From assembly GCF_035594765.1 (NCBI RefSeq), contig NC_085842.1, positions 146,209,036-146,273,035 of the forward strand: a stretch of DNA of 64,000 nt, read 5' to 3'. Source of the stretch: Anolis carolinensis (Eukaryota). The notes below the pieces were generated by a model that saw nothing but the letters and a program-made list of their open reading frames with translations, was not told the origin of the DNA and did not search any database. Both the position numbers and the translations under genes were made by a program. Positions 12,336-23,328 of the stretch are shown here, one piece after another; position 1 is the first letter of the stretch, and each line of letters begins with the position of its first letter.

Positions 12336-14391
12336 TGTTGTCGACCGCACTTTAGGGGATCGGGCCCTTAAGGAGAGACCCGACCCGGTCCTGAGGGAAC
12401 GGACCTTGGCGAAGCCAAAAGAAGAATATAAGCCGCAATACAACCTGAAGCCTGAAATGAAGAAGGTCCGCCAAAGTTGAAGGAAAATCCGCCAAGGAGT
12501 TTTTATTGAGCAATTCAGCTGAAAAGGACGCTAATAGCGATCATTCAATCTACTAGCGTAACATATGTTTCAAATAAAGTCATATTTATACAATGTTTCG
12601 GTCTGACAGCCCTTTGAATTTCCCGCCCCGCTTCCCTGCCCATCTGATCGCGGATAGGCTGAGAGGTTGAACGAGGCGGGCTTTCGTTTCCCGCCTTGCC
12701 CTGCTGGCCCAATGGGGAGCCGTTTTTTGTCCCCCCTCGGGCCAATCAGAGAGGAGGAGGCGGGAGCTATTGAAACAATGAGGTGGCAGGACAGGAAATA
12801 TCAGATTAATTCTGGCCCAGCCGATTTCTAAAGGAATAAATGGCACCCATCAAGGATGTCCGGGGTCCTGTCACGTTCACAGATTTTAGATATGCCTTGG
12901 GGTGTCAGACGGGAAGTGGTGATGGGTGGTGATGAGCCGTCATTGACGGGCCCCACAGGGTGCCTTCCAGCGGCGTCCTGGCCTGGGATATGACAATGTT
13001 TGCCTTGGGGGCGAGTCACCTTTTGGAATTTGGTGACTCTAAACCCTATATTGTCCATGCGATCGGAATGAGATTGGATTAAACTGTGGCAGATTATCCT
13101 TTTGTTTTTGGGAAGGGAGGTCTGGGTCATAGGGCTAAGGTTCACGTTGGGGTCATAATATTTCCCATTTGATTTCATGATTTGGCAATTATATGGGATA
13201 GAATGAAAATTAAAATAAAGTTGGAACATAAACCCAGCTGGGAAAAACACATATTTTCCGGGGATCCCAAAGAGTATAAATACATATAGGCAGATAGCTA
13301 GATTTCAAGGAGGAAAGGGAGAATCCATAGAGGGGGGGTTACATTGCACAAAGGGGAACCATGAATGATATAAGCAATAGAAAACATTTGATAAGGACGA
13401 AGTTCACAACATCTGGGGAACCCGATATGGAAATTCATAAGAGTGGAGTTCTAGCAGCATAATTTCACAATCCATGAAGTTAGCCCAACGATTAGAAATT
13501 CATACAACAGTGAGTCATGAGAGTGTCCAAGTACATAGAATATGAAAATTCATGGATACATGAGGAAAAAGAGTTCATCTGTGATGGGAGGAATTCGTAG
13601 AGGTGGCATGGGGAAGAGGCACATGTGGGTTGCAGTCTTTGGAAGTATAGGATTTCATAAGTCCAGGGGTAGGTCTGGGGAAGAGTGTTCTTCTCCTTCA
13701 TAAAATCATGAAAAGTATGAATGAAACGTGGAGGGCACCCGTCCGGGCATCCCCTGGCAGCTGTAGAGGGTGAGGGTCCTTGGAGAACTATGTCTCCCCA
13801 GCGAGAGAGCGATCCCCCATCCCCAGGTCACAGAAAGGGGGTAGGTATCTCTTAAACCCATTCCGCGGGCCGCGGGGAGAGGAAAATCCGGGATAAGGCA
13901 GCAGCTTGGCTTGAAAGGAGCCGTCGGTCCCGTTTGACAGTCAGCTGTTGAGGTGCCGAAAACTGGACCGATTCCGGTTCTGCTGGTTGTCTTCGAGTCA
14001 GGAGCCTTAGAAAGGGTTAGGACTAAAAGAGGAGCGTTCTAGGGGTAATTTTGATAGAGATATGAGCCAATTTGTATCGTCCGCCATGTTAATCTATGGC
14101 GGAGAAACCTCAACCGGAGTTAAAAGGACGGGAGGGAGAGAGAGAGATTGCATGCAAAGGAGGGAGTCAGAGAAAAGATACAAAATAACCAGATAGAGAG
14201 TGTTATTGTTAAAATAAATGCTACTTTTATTGGGGGATTTTGTTACATAGTTCAGGGAAGGGGAAAATGAAGAAAAAAAGTCTTTTAATAATAGTCTGCT
14301 GCGGTCCCGCTTCGTTCCTTTGGAGAGTAACCTGCGGAACTCTCCGCTGCGTTTTTTTAAATTAATTTAGAAGCCGGGGTTTCGGTCATCA
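12336..14391 (-). repeat. 3' LTR (2056 bp)
   Basis: TGTTGTCG...GGTCATCA; minus-strand TATAAATA at 12590-12583 and AATAAA at 12507-12502; four ORF-track translations identical to the other LTR. Confidence 0.95.
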
Positions 14392-14403
14392 TATTCCCCA
14401 CTC
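14392..14403 (-). promoter_or_regulatory. Polypurine tract of the ERV
   Basis: Minus strand GAGTGGGGAATA immediately precedes the TG of the 3' LTR. Confidence 0.7.
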
Positions 14404-15039
14404 GGTAAGGGCGGGGCGAAGTGGGAGGAGCCCATTTCGCCCCTGCCCTACCGCATAAGCATTATAACCTCTTAGCGGCAGCCTGGCCATCTGCTGAGAG
14501 GGGTTCGAATGGTTCTTTTTGCGACAAATTTGGAACAGAGCGGGCAAATGCGACCAGCAGCAGCTTATTATTAGAAGGAAAAGGATTACAGCTAGAAAGA
14601 GGAGAAAACCTTTGCAAAACCGGGCTAGAATTGACAGGGAGGGTTAGAGAAGAAAGGAGAATTAGGGTTAGGGTTAGTACGCTGGACAGCTCCCCGCGCT
14701 GAAGGATAGGGAAAGAACAGGGAAAAAAAATAGAGTGAAAATTAGAACTCACGGCTCCTGATTCAGCACGCCGGACAGCTCCCAGCAGGGAACCTAAGGT
14801 GTTCAGTTCTTCCGAGCGGGGGGGGGGGGGTTGAAGTGAGGGCCGATTTGACAGCTGTCAAAGTGAGCTGTCAAATGTTTGTAGGTCCAAATAGGGGTGT
14901 TCCCGTGGTGCTAGAAGGATGGGATTTGGAGGGGTCCTTGGAGGGGGTCTTGTGCTTCCGTCTCTGGCGTTTGGTCTTTCTCCGGACCTCGGGAGGGTGT
15001 GGGTCAGGACAGCTTGCGGGCGGCGGACCCTGAGGAGGT

Positions 15040-15850
15040 GTTTTCCGGAACAACACCTTCAGGTCGTCTCCCGGCTCAGCAGTCCACAGGTCTTTGTCTT
15101 CCTCACCGCTGGTGGGGGCTGGTTCTGGTTCAGGAGCACTCTTGATGGATCCTGGCACGGATTCCAGCACCTTGCAAGCGGTGTAGGAGGTCAGGAGGAC
15201 TTCGAGGTGGTTGTGATGCCATCTTCACCAGGCGCCTCCTAGTGTCCACAGCCAGGTCCAGCCCTCCCACCCGGGAGGAGGTCCGAGGGGTAGAGAATGC
15301 CTCAAGACAGCAAAGAAAAGAGATCACGTGTCCCATCCCCCTTCCCCTTCCCCCAAGACCCTAAGTGTGGAGGGTTAGTTTTATAAGGAGGAATAAAAGG
15401 AGAAAAAAATGGAAATAAATCATTCATACCTTCTGGGACATCTTCAATACTGAAGGTTCCTCTGGCACCCTCGCAGCCATGTTAGGGCTCCCCACTCGCG
15501 CCTGACCCAGCGACCAACAGCGAGGGTCCTGTTCGTGGCTCCATGGGGACACACCTTTAGCCTCTTCTCAGGTGAGGGGGGGTCGCCCTTACCTGCCAGC
15601 CTTCTCCTGGTCTCGTGGGGGCGCCCTTCCCTCCCTGCATTAGAAGGGGGATGTTCTTCTGCTCAGGGTCAGCCTTACGACCCCTGCCAGGGGTTGGAGC
15701 CAGCTTGTGGGTGGGGGCCTCATCACCGTGATGGCACCCCACTGGTTGCTCTCGCCTTATCTGAGCTGGGTTTCTCAGAGTCCCTTTATAGCCACAGGAG
15801 CGGATGATGGTCCTGGTAGTCCAGGTCGGAGTGGAGTGCCTTCCATGTGG
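15040..15850 (-). pseudogene. Decayed retroviral integrase relic
   Basis: Fragments in different frames (RPGEGWQ; RW...EVLLTSYTACKV; AGIRARIH; WTAEPGDDLKVLFRK) match, in order, class I ERV integrase motifs PGEDWQ, W.GPY.VLLTT.TAVKV.GI..WIH and CEPLEDLKLLF. Confidence 0.65.
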
Positions 15851-16649
15851 GGTGCCAGGATCCCCATTCTACAATTCCCAACGGTCCCTTTTATACTGAG
15901 AGAGTGTTAGTAAAACCCCTAACCCATTGTATACACAGTCATTCAAGAGATAGCAAACAAGAGGGAGAGAGAGAAACAGAGAGGATAGCTCAAGGAAGAA
16001 AATCATGAGGAAAAGGAACAAAACTTGGTTCCCCACATTTAAAGGACAGACAAAGCTCCAATGTCAAGGCAATCAAACAAAGAATACTACTCAGAGAACA
16101 GGGAAGCCCCAGGCAGGACTCAGCCAGTCTCTGAAGATGGAAGGTTTTCCAAAGATACACAATAACCCCCAGAGAGGAGGGGGGCTGAGAGAGAAAGATT
16201 TAAAAAGGGGGGGTTTTTGCAGGGTTGCCCAAAGGGATTGGGTGAGGAAAAAAGAAAAAGGGAAAGGAGTCTTTGAAGACACAGGATCCTTTTGTTTGAG
16301 CAAATTTCAAGGTGTGACCTGACGATTTGGAAAGAATGCCAGATCAAAGGTCCCACTTACAAATTGTAACCAACAAAAATGCAATTTGACAGTCTAAAAA
16401 TTTATGTTCCTCTGGGATCTTTGGGGAGTTTCTAGAGATTTTGGGTAAAGTTTTGAAAGCAAACAGAAAAGAAGAAGGAAAAAGGGGATTGAACTGTGAC
16501 CCAAGAAAATTCAAAAACAGATAGCTTTTTAAAGGAGGGAGAGAGGGGAAAATGATTCTTTGGAAAACTATTGACAATACATATTCAGGCTTCAGATAAA
16601 ACAGAGGATGGCAATGGATGTCTTATGGTCTCTGAACAGTCAATTCCTC

Positions 16650-17504
16650 CTTCCCCTGCCTCATCCCCCCCAGGGCCCCTCCTTTCCCCCTGTTCCTCTG
16701 GCCAAAAAGGACGAGCGAGAGGAAGAGAGGGAGAGATTAAGGGAGGGGGGCTGCAAGGGGGGAGAAGTCTTGGGGTGGAATGGAAAAAAAGGCTTAGAGG
16801 GATTCGGTTGGGGGGGGTGGAGAGGGAATAGGAGGTTGGGAAATGGAGGGGAGATGGGGCTGAGAGAAAACAGAGGGCTGGGAAGCGGAGGGGGGACGGG
16901 GTGAAATGGCAGGGAGTTGGGAGAGTGAGTCTGGGAGAGTGGGATCCCGGGAAGCAGAGGTTCCCTTGAGGGGTCGATTTGGGGGTTCTGGATCGGTGCA
17001 GGACTCAGGGTGAGGAGAAAAGGTGGGGATGGGGATTGGAGGAGGGGGCTGATGGGGTGGGGAGGAGGCAAGCAAATGTGTCCAGAAAATCCTCTGGAGG
17101 AGGGGGTAAGGGGAAAAGGGTCTAGGGGGGAATCTTTGGGGGGTTGTTTTTGGAGCCCAAATCTCTGCATGGGAAGACGTGGACCCCCCTCCCCCCCTCC
17201 GATTCTCTCCCTGGCTTAAGGCCATGAACATCGCAGCATAAGCAAGTTGGGACCACTTGCCCTCCCCCTGGCGAGTCACCTTAGGTCAACACTCCGAATT
17301 CGGCGACTCAAGCAAGGGGGGGCAAGCTGTTCCCCCTTCAAGGGCCACAAGGGGCCACTTATGTGCTCTGAGTTAGCCCAACCTGGCCTGCACCATGTTT
17401 TTGATGCAAAGCCCACCCCAATTGGCCAGGACCTTTCCCAATGGAGAATCCCTGGGGATGTCTGCTGGGGTGGGACACCCTAGATGTGCTGAACAAACAC
17501 CCAT
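16650..17504 (-). pseudogene. gag: Decayed retroviral gag (matrix plus proline-rich region)
   Basis: ATG at 17504 gives MGVCSAHLGCPTPADIPRDSPLGKVLANW...stop; after a frameshift EGKWSQLAYAAMFMAL. These match the class I matrix pattern IP.DSPLG.IL.NW...EGKWSE.PYVQAF.AL; a Pro-rich stretch follows. Confidence 0.75.
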
Positions 17505-18112
17505 TCTTGGCTCAACCCCTGCCCAGTACCTGACAGTTAACGGAGTAACGACTCACCCAACCGGCTAGGTGCCGCTCGTCCTTCCGAGAGTTCCCTTCAC
17601 CAAGACTGAATGGCTGGCGTCCGTGGAATCCGCAGGTGCCCCGGGAACACAACCGTTCCCCTACCCCGCGATTCTTGGACCTGTAATCTTACAAGCCAGA
17701 CTGTTCTCACACGCCCCCCGGGCGCCAGATGTTCCCGCGTTTCACCAGGAATTTGTTACCGAGCCCTGATCCGAAGTGCAATACCTCCAGGGCTCCTCCC
17801 ACCTGGGTCTCAACAACGGGGCCGGTTCCCTTTTATTTTTTACAGGGCGTCCCCTGTTTCACGTTGGCGCCTTTCCTTCGAGGAGCTAAAAATCTGCTTC
17901 CTCCTATCTGGCTCCTTTGTTCAGTACCCTGAATCAGATCTAGAGAGAGAAAGGGACTGCCAGAGAAATTTGGATGTGAAATGAGGTCAAATTGTTGGTC
18001 GGAGGGCCCTCCTTGCAGCCGTTTCTCTCCCCAACCTGTTCCAGAATATCTGGACCAAGGTCGCCGCTTGGAATTTTAGCCTAAAAAATTGATTTTCGGA
18101 ACTTCCAAGCAA

Positions 18113-18132
18113 GTCCCTTCGTGGTAAAGCCA
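18113..18132 (-). promoter_or_regulatory. Primer binding site, tRNA-Arg(TCG)-like
   Basis: Plus strand GTCCCTTCGTGGTaaaGCCA, 5 nt from the 5' LTR, resembles the vertebrate tRNA-Arg(TCG) 3' end GTCCCTTCGTGGTCGCCA with a small insertion. Confidence 0.7.
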
Positions 18133-18137
18133 AATTA

Positions 18138-20193
18138 TGTTGTCGACCGCACTTTAGGGGATCGGGCCCTTAAGGAGAGACCCGACCCGGTCCTGAGGGA
18201 ACGGACCTTGGCGAAGCCAAAAGAAGAATATAAGCCGCAATACAACCTGAAGCCTGAAATGAAGAAGGTCCGCCAAAGTTGAAGGAAAATCCGCCAAGGA
18301 GTTTTTATTGAGCAATTCAGCTGAAAAGGACGCTAATAGCGATCATTCAATCTACTAGCGTAACATATGTTTCAAATAAAGTCATATTTATACAATGTTT
18401 CGGTCTGACAGCCCTTTGAATTTCCCGCCCCGCTTCCCTGCCCATCTGATCGCGGATAGGCTGAGAGGTTGAACGAGGCGGGCTTTCGTTTCCCGCCTTG
18501 CCCTGCTGGCCCAATGGGGAGCCGTTTTTTGTCCCCCCTCGGGCCAATCAGAGAGGAGGAGGCGGGAGCTATTGAAACAATGAGGTGGCAGGACAGGAAA
18601 TATCAGATTAATTCTGGCCCAGCCGATTTCTAAAGGAATAAATGGCACCCATCAAGGATGTCCGGGGTCCTGTCACGTTCACAGATTTTAGATATGCCTT
18701 GGGGTGTCAGACGGGAAGTGGTGATGGGTGGTGATGAGCCGTCATTGACGGGCCCCACAGGGTGCCTTCCAGCGGCGTCCTGGCCTGGGATATGACAATG
18801 TTTGCCTTGGGGGCGAGTCACCTTTTGGAATTTGGTGACTCTAAACCCTATATTGTCCATGCGATCGGAATGAGATTGGATTAAACTGTGGCAGATTATC
18901 CTTTTGTTTTTGGGAAGGGAGGTCTGGGTCATAGGGCTAAGGTTCACGTTGGGGTCATAATATTTCCCATTTGATTTCATGATTTGGCAATTATATGGGA
19001 TAGAATGAAAATTAAAATAAAGTTGGAACATAAACCCAGCTGGGAAAAACACATATTTTCCGGGGATCCCAAAGAGTATAAATACATATAGGCAGATAGC
19101 TAGATTTCAAGGAGGAAAGGGAGAATCCATAGAGGGGGGGTTACATTGCACAAAGGGGAACCATGAATGATATAAGCAATAGAAAACATTTGATAAGGAC
19201 GAAGTTCACAACATCTGGGGAACCCGATATGGAAATTCATAAGAGTGGAGTTCTAGCAGCATAATTTCACAATCCATGAAGTTAGCCCAACGATTAGAAA
19301 TTCATACAACAGTGAGTCATGAGAGTGTCCAAGTACATAGAATATGAAAATTCATGGATACATGAGGAAAAAGAGTTCATCTGTGATGGGAGGAATTCGT
19401 AGAGGTGGCATGGGGAAGAGGCACATGTGGGTTGCAGTCTTTGGAAGTATAGGATTTCATAAGTCCAGGGGTAGGTCTGGGGAAGAGTGTTCTTCTCCTT
19501 CATAAAATCATGAAAAGTATGAATGAAACGTGGAGGGCACCCGTCCGGGCATCCCCTGGCAGCTGTAGAGGGTGAGGGTCCTTGGAGAACTATGTCTCCC
19601 CAGCGAGAGAGCGATCCCCCATCCCCAGGTCACAGAAAGGGGGTAGGTATCTCTTAAACCCATTCCGCGGGCCGCGGGGAGAGGAAAATCCGGGATAAGG
19701 CAGCAGCTTGGCTTGAAAGGAGCCGTCGGTCCCGTTTGACAGTCAGCTGTTGAGGTGCCGAAAACTGGACCGATTCCGGTTCTGCTGGTTGTCTTCGAGT
19801 CAGGAGCCTTAGAAAGGGTTAGGACTAAAAGAGGAGCGTTCTAGGGGTAATTTTGATAGAGATATGAGCCAATTTGTATCGTCCGCCATGTTAATCTATG
19901 GCGGAGAAACCTCAACCGGAGTTAAAAGGACGGGAGGGAGAGAGAGAGATTGCATGCAAAGGAGGGAGTCAGAGAAAAGATACAAAATAACCAGATAGAG
20001 AGTGTTATTGTTAAAATAAATGCTACTTTTATTGGGGGATTTTGTTACATAGTTCAGGGAAGGGGAAAATGAAGAAAAAAAGTCTTTTAATAATAGTCTG
20101 CTGCGGTCCCGCTTCGTTCCTTTGGAGAGTAACCTGCGGAACTCTCCGCTGCGTTTTTTTAAATTAATTTAGAAGCCGGGGTTTCGGTCATCA
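18138..20193 (-). repeat. 5' LTR (2056 bp)
   Basis: Direct repeat of 12336-14391; adjacent to the PBS. Confidence 0.95.
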
Positions 20194-20484
20194 CATTCAC
20201 TGCATATGGCAGGAAAATATTTAGCATTGGAGAATCCAGATTCTCAGAAATGAGGCATCCCTATTCACAGGTCCTCAGTTTTACCACACTTCATCCTCAG
20301 TTTATTCATTTTTATTCAGAAAGTCTTCTGGTTATTTGTTGGTAATTGGAAATTGGGCTTTTGATTAATTGTTGCTGAACTTCTCATGCCCACATGCATT
20401 TAAAAAAACAACAACCATGCAATACTGTTTTAATAATATAATCTGTTTCTGTTTCAGCTGGAAATGATGATATATAAGTAAGCA

Positions 20485-20515
20485 AATAAATAAATAAATA
20501 AATAAATAAATAAAT
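20485..20515. repeat. (AAAT)n microsatellite
   Basis: Direct reading. Confidence 0.9.
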
Positions 20516-21789
20516 ACTTGCATGGTACAGAAAAACTATTAATTCATGCTTAGAGGAGAGATAAAGGGAGACAGCTTCATAAAAATCTGGTCAACATTTC
20601 ACCTCTACAACATAGATATGAATTCAACACCTTGACCACCAATACATCAGTTGAAGTGCTGGAATATTACTTTTTGACACAATGATTCACAATTGGAAAG
20701 ACACTGAGGAATTGTGCCTGGATTTGATTTAAGCATGCTGAGTGGAAAATGTGTAGGTCTATGATAGCTAAATGTATTAATTTAACTAATGATATGTGTG
20801 TGTGTGTGTGTGTGTGTTTGCAAATGTACTTAAAATTTAAATACAATATAATTTTAAAAGAATTATAATGAGAATGTTTTGACTAAGTTATATTTGCAAA
20901 GTTCCGGCTTCCAACAGAAAGCAGCATTTTGAGATTAGAAAACAGAAGCAGCAGCTGTTGTCAGCCTCCTCGAAACATGCCCTTTGGTGGATAATGCAGA
21001 AGTTGGTTAGTCATTCCTTATTCTTACAAAAGCTTCAAACAGGAATGAATTAACTGCCTGCTTCTGTGCCCATAAATATTTTGTAGCCTATCTAAGATTA
21101 CGTATCATCACAATGGGGTGACCTGCTTCCTTATGATCTCTCCACTCACAATTTTGAATTTGTATTTTTTGTTGTTAATGGCAGCCAAGTCGACTATGAC
21201 TGACAGCAACCCTATGCATGAGCAATCTCCAAAATGTCTCTACACTGTAGAGTTAATGCAGATGGGCATAATTTAATTGCTATGGCTTAATACTATGGAA
21301 TCATGGTACTTGTATTTTTACAAGGTCTTCAGCCATCTTTGTCAAATAGTGCGTGTGTCTCACCATGGAGTCTGTCCACCTGTTAACAGGGCTTTCCTTT
21401 TTTCAACTGCCTTCTACCTTAATAAGCTTGTTTTACTTCTCAAGAACAAATTAAGTCTGAGCCATCCATAGAAGACAAGATGATTAAACTGAGATCAGGC
21501 ATCTCACAGTTTCAGTTTCTTGGCTTCTATGAACGGCTCAGGCTTAATTTGCTTGTCTTTTTTAGTAACACTCCTTATTGTACAATGAGCCTGATAAACA
21601 ATGACAAACAAGAAACTCAAGTCTTGCATCCCAAACTAAACCTTAGGCCATCAAGATTTGCAACAAAAACATCATCTGAAAGGCTGGATATGATAAATTT
21701 TATGCTTAATGCTTCATTTGGACCCAGGTCAATTGATGGACATTCAATCATTCAGAGGCCCACTTAAAGCCCTCTGAATTTTTGAATGC

Positions 21790-22126
21790 AATAGATTGCA
21801 GCTCCCTAGATATTATCCATGTGGAAATGCCAGCCTAACATTTGCGCCATTAGACATTGGCCACGAGATGGAGTCGAAGAACATGCTACGAGGTGGAGTC
21901 CACAACATGCTAGTGTGGAGAAAAGCTAACCACAGACCACCTATGACAATGCAGTCTTAGCCCTACCACATGCACAATGGAGGACCTTCCCATAGCAACA
22001 CCAGAGGCACTCAAGTGGCCAGACACTGGTCATAGGACATTTAGTATCATGCCATGTTTTTAACTTTTTGTTTTCAAATACATTACAACTGTACTCTTGG
22101 TTCACTTCTGACACAATAAATAAATA
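21790..22126 (+). mobile_element. LINE 3' end (family uncertain, Vingi/RTE-like)
   Basis: Cys-rich C-terminal relic ending in CACTTCTGACAC(AATA)n; a similar tail is on the SINEs at about 37.0 and 63.0 kb. Confidence 0.45.
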
Positions 22127-22185
22127 ACTGTCCACAAAACAGTACTTCTATTGGGTCACCCGAAATGTTCACACTGGCAATGAAG

Positions 22186-22612
22186 GTCCACATAGTTAAA
22201 GCAATGATATTCCCCATTGTAACCTATGGATGCAAGAGCTGGACCATAAGGAAGGCTGAATGAAGGAAGATAGATGCTTTTGAACTCTGGTGCTGGAGGA
22301 AAATCCTGAGAGTGCCTTGGACCGCAAGAAGATCCACCCAGTCCATCATCCAGGAAATAATGCCTGGCTGCTCACTGATGAAGTATTTTGGCCACATCAT
22401 GAGAAGACTGGGAAACTTGGAAAAGATTGTGATGCTGGGGAAAATGGAAGGAAAAAGGAAGAGAGGCCGACCAAGGGCAAGATGGATGGACGGTATCCTT
22501 GAAGTGACTGGCTTGACCTTGAAGAAACTGGGGGCGGCGACGGCCGACAGGGAGCTCTGGCGTGGACTGCTCCATGAGGTCACGAGACGACTGAGACGAC
22601 TGAGTGAATGAA
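22186..22612 (+). mobile_element. RTE-BovB LINE 3' fragment
   Basis: PWTARRSTQSII...KYFGHIMRR...LEKIVMLGKMEGKRKRGRPRARWMDGI...DRELWRGLLHEV, the typical BovB ORF C-terminus. Confidence 0.9.
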
Positions 22613-23328
22613 CACACACACACCAAAATATTCAAAATACATAATCCAAGGCTTTGAAACATTGGCTTCTGCTTCTGGGAAAGATGTTAAAAATCCTACA
22701 GAAGCAACCATGGTGGAGTCATCACCATGTCTCAGATGTTGCTTCTGTTATCAGTTAAGATGGTCTGGAGCAGGCATCCTCAAACGGCAGCCCTCCAGTT
22801 GTTTGGGCTTCCAAATCCCAGAATTCCTGACCTCTGAATAAGCTGGCTAGGGCTTCTGGGAGTTGAAGGCCCAAACAGCTGGAGGGTTAACGTTTGAGGA
22901 TGCCGGGTCTGGTGGGATCTCAATGCAGCCATAGGACACATCTCTTCTTAGGTTTTTCTTCACTGCCATATAAGGCAAAATGAAACTGCACTATATGATC
23001 AGTGTAGACACTTAGAATACAGTTTTGACTGCATTACGAGTCTGCACTGATTCTATAAGCTGCTTCAAAATGAATTATATAGCAGTGGACATGGGGCCCT
23101 AATGTGGGGACTAGGGAGCTAGGGAAATAAAAGGTAATAAAATTTCAACTCATTTTTATCAACAAAGTAGCTTATGTTGCCTGAATATTAAGAACTGTTA
23201 CGTTAATACTGCTAACTGAGTTGAAATTAGAGTATATCTTTTGTCCCTAGATCTCCACTCGGCCAAGAAGCAGAGTAGTCCCTCTCCTCCCTGGGATCCC
23301 TGCAGACCATCTAAACTGGCAACAGAAC

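Larger units (their letters stand above)
12336..20193 (-). mobile_element. Full-length non-autonomous class I (ERV1-like) LTR retroelement
   Basis: Two direct 2056-bp repeats offset by 5802 bp with TG...CA ends; 4-bp TSD CATT (12332-12335, 20194-20197); PBS and PPT on the minus strand; gag and integrase relics inside. Confidence 0.95.

Noticed and set aside
14662-14677. TTAGGGTTAGGGTTAG as a telomeric or herpesviral repeat
   Set aside because: Fewer than three units, and it coincides with branch-point-like CTAAC sequence on the minus strand.
16571-17279. Overlapping Pro/Gly-rich ORFs as novel genes
   Set aside because: Low-complexity by-products of the decayed gag region.
12336-20193. The 2-kb duplication as a segmental duplication or assembly error
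   Set aside because: TG...CA ends, TSD, PBS, PPT and retroviral relics identify the repeats as LTRs.
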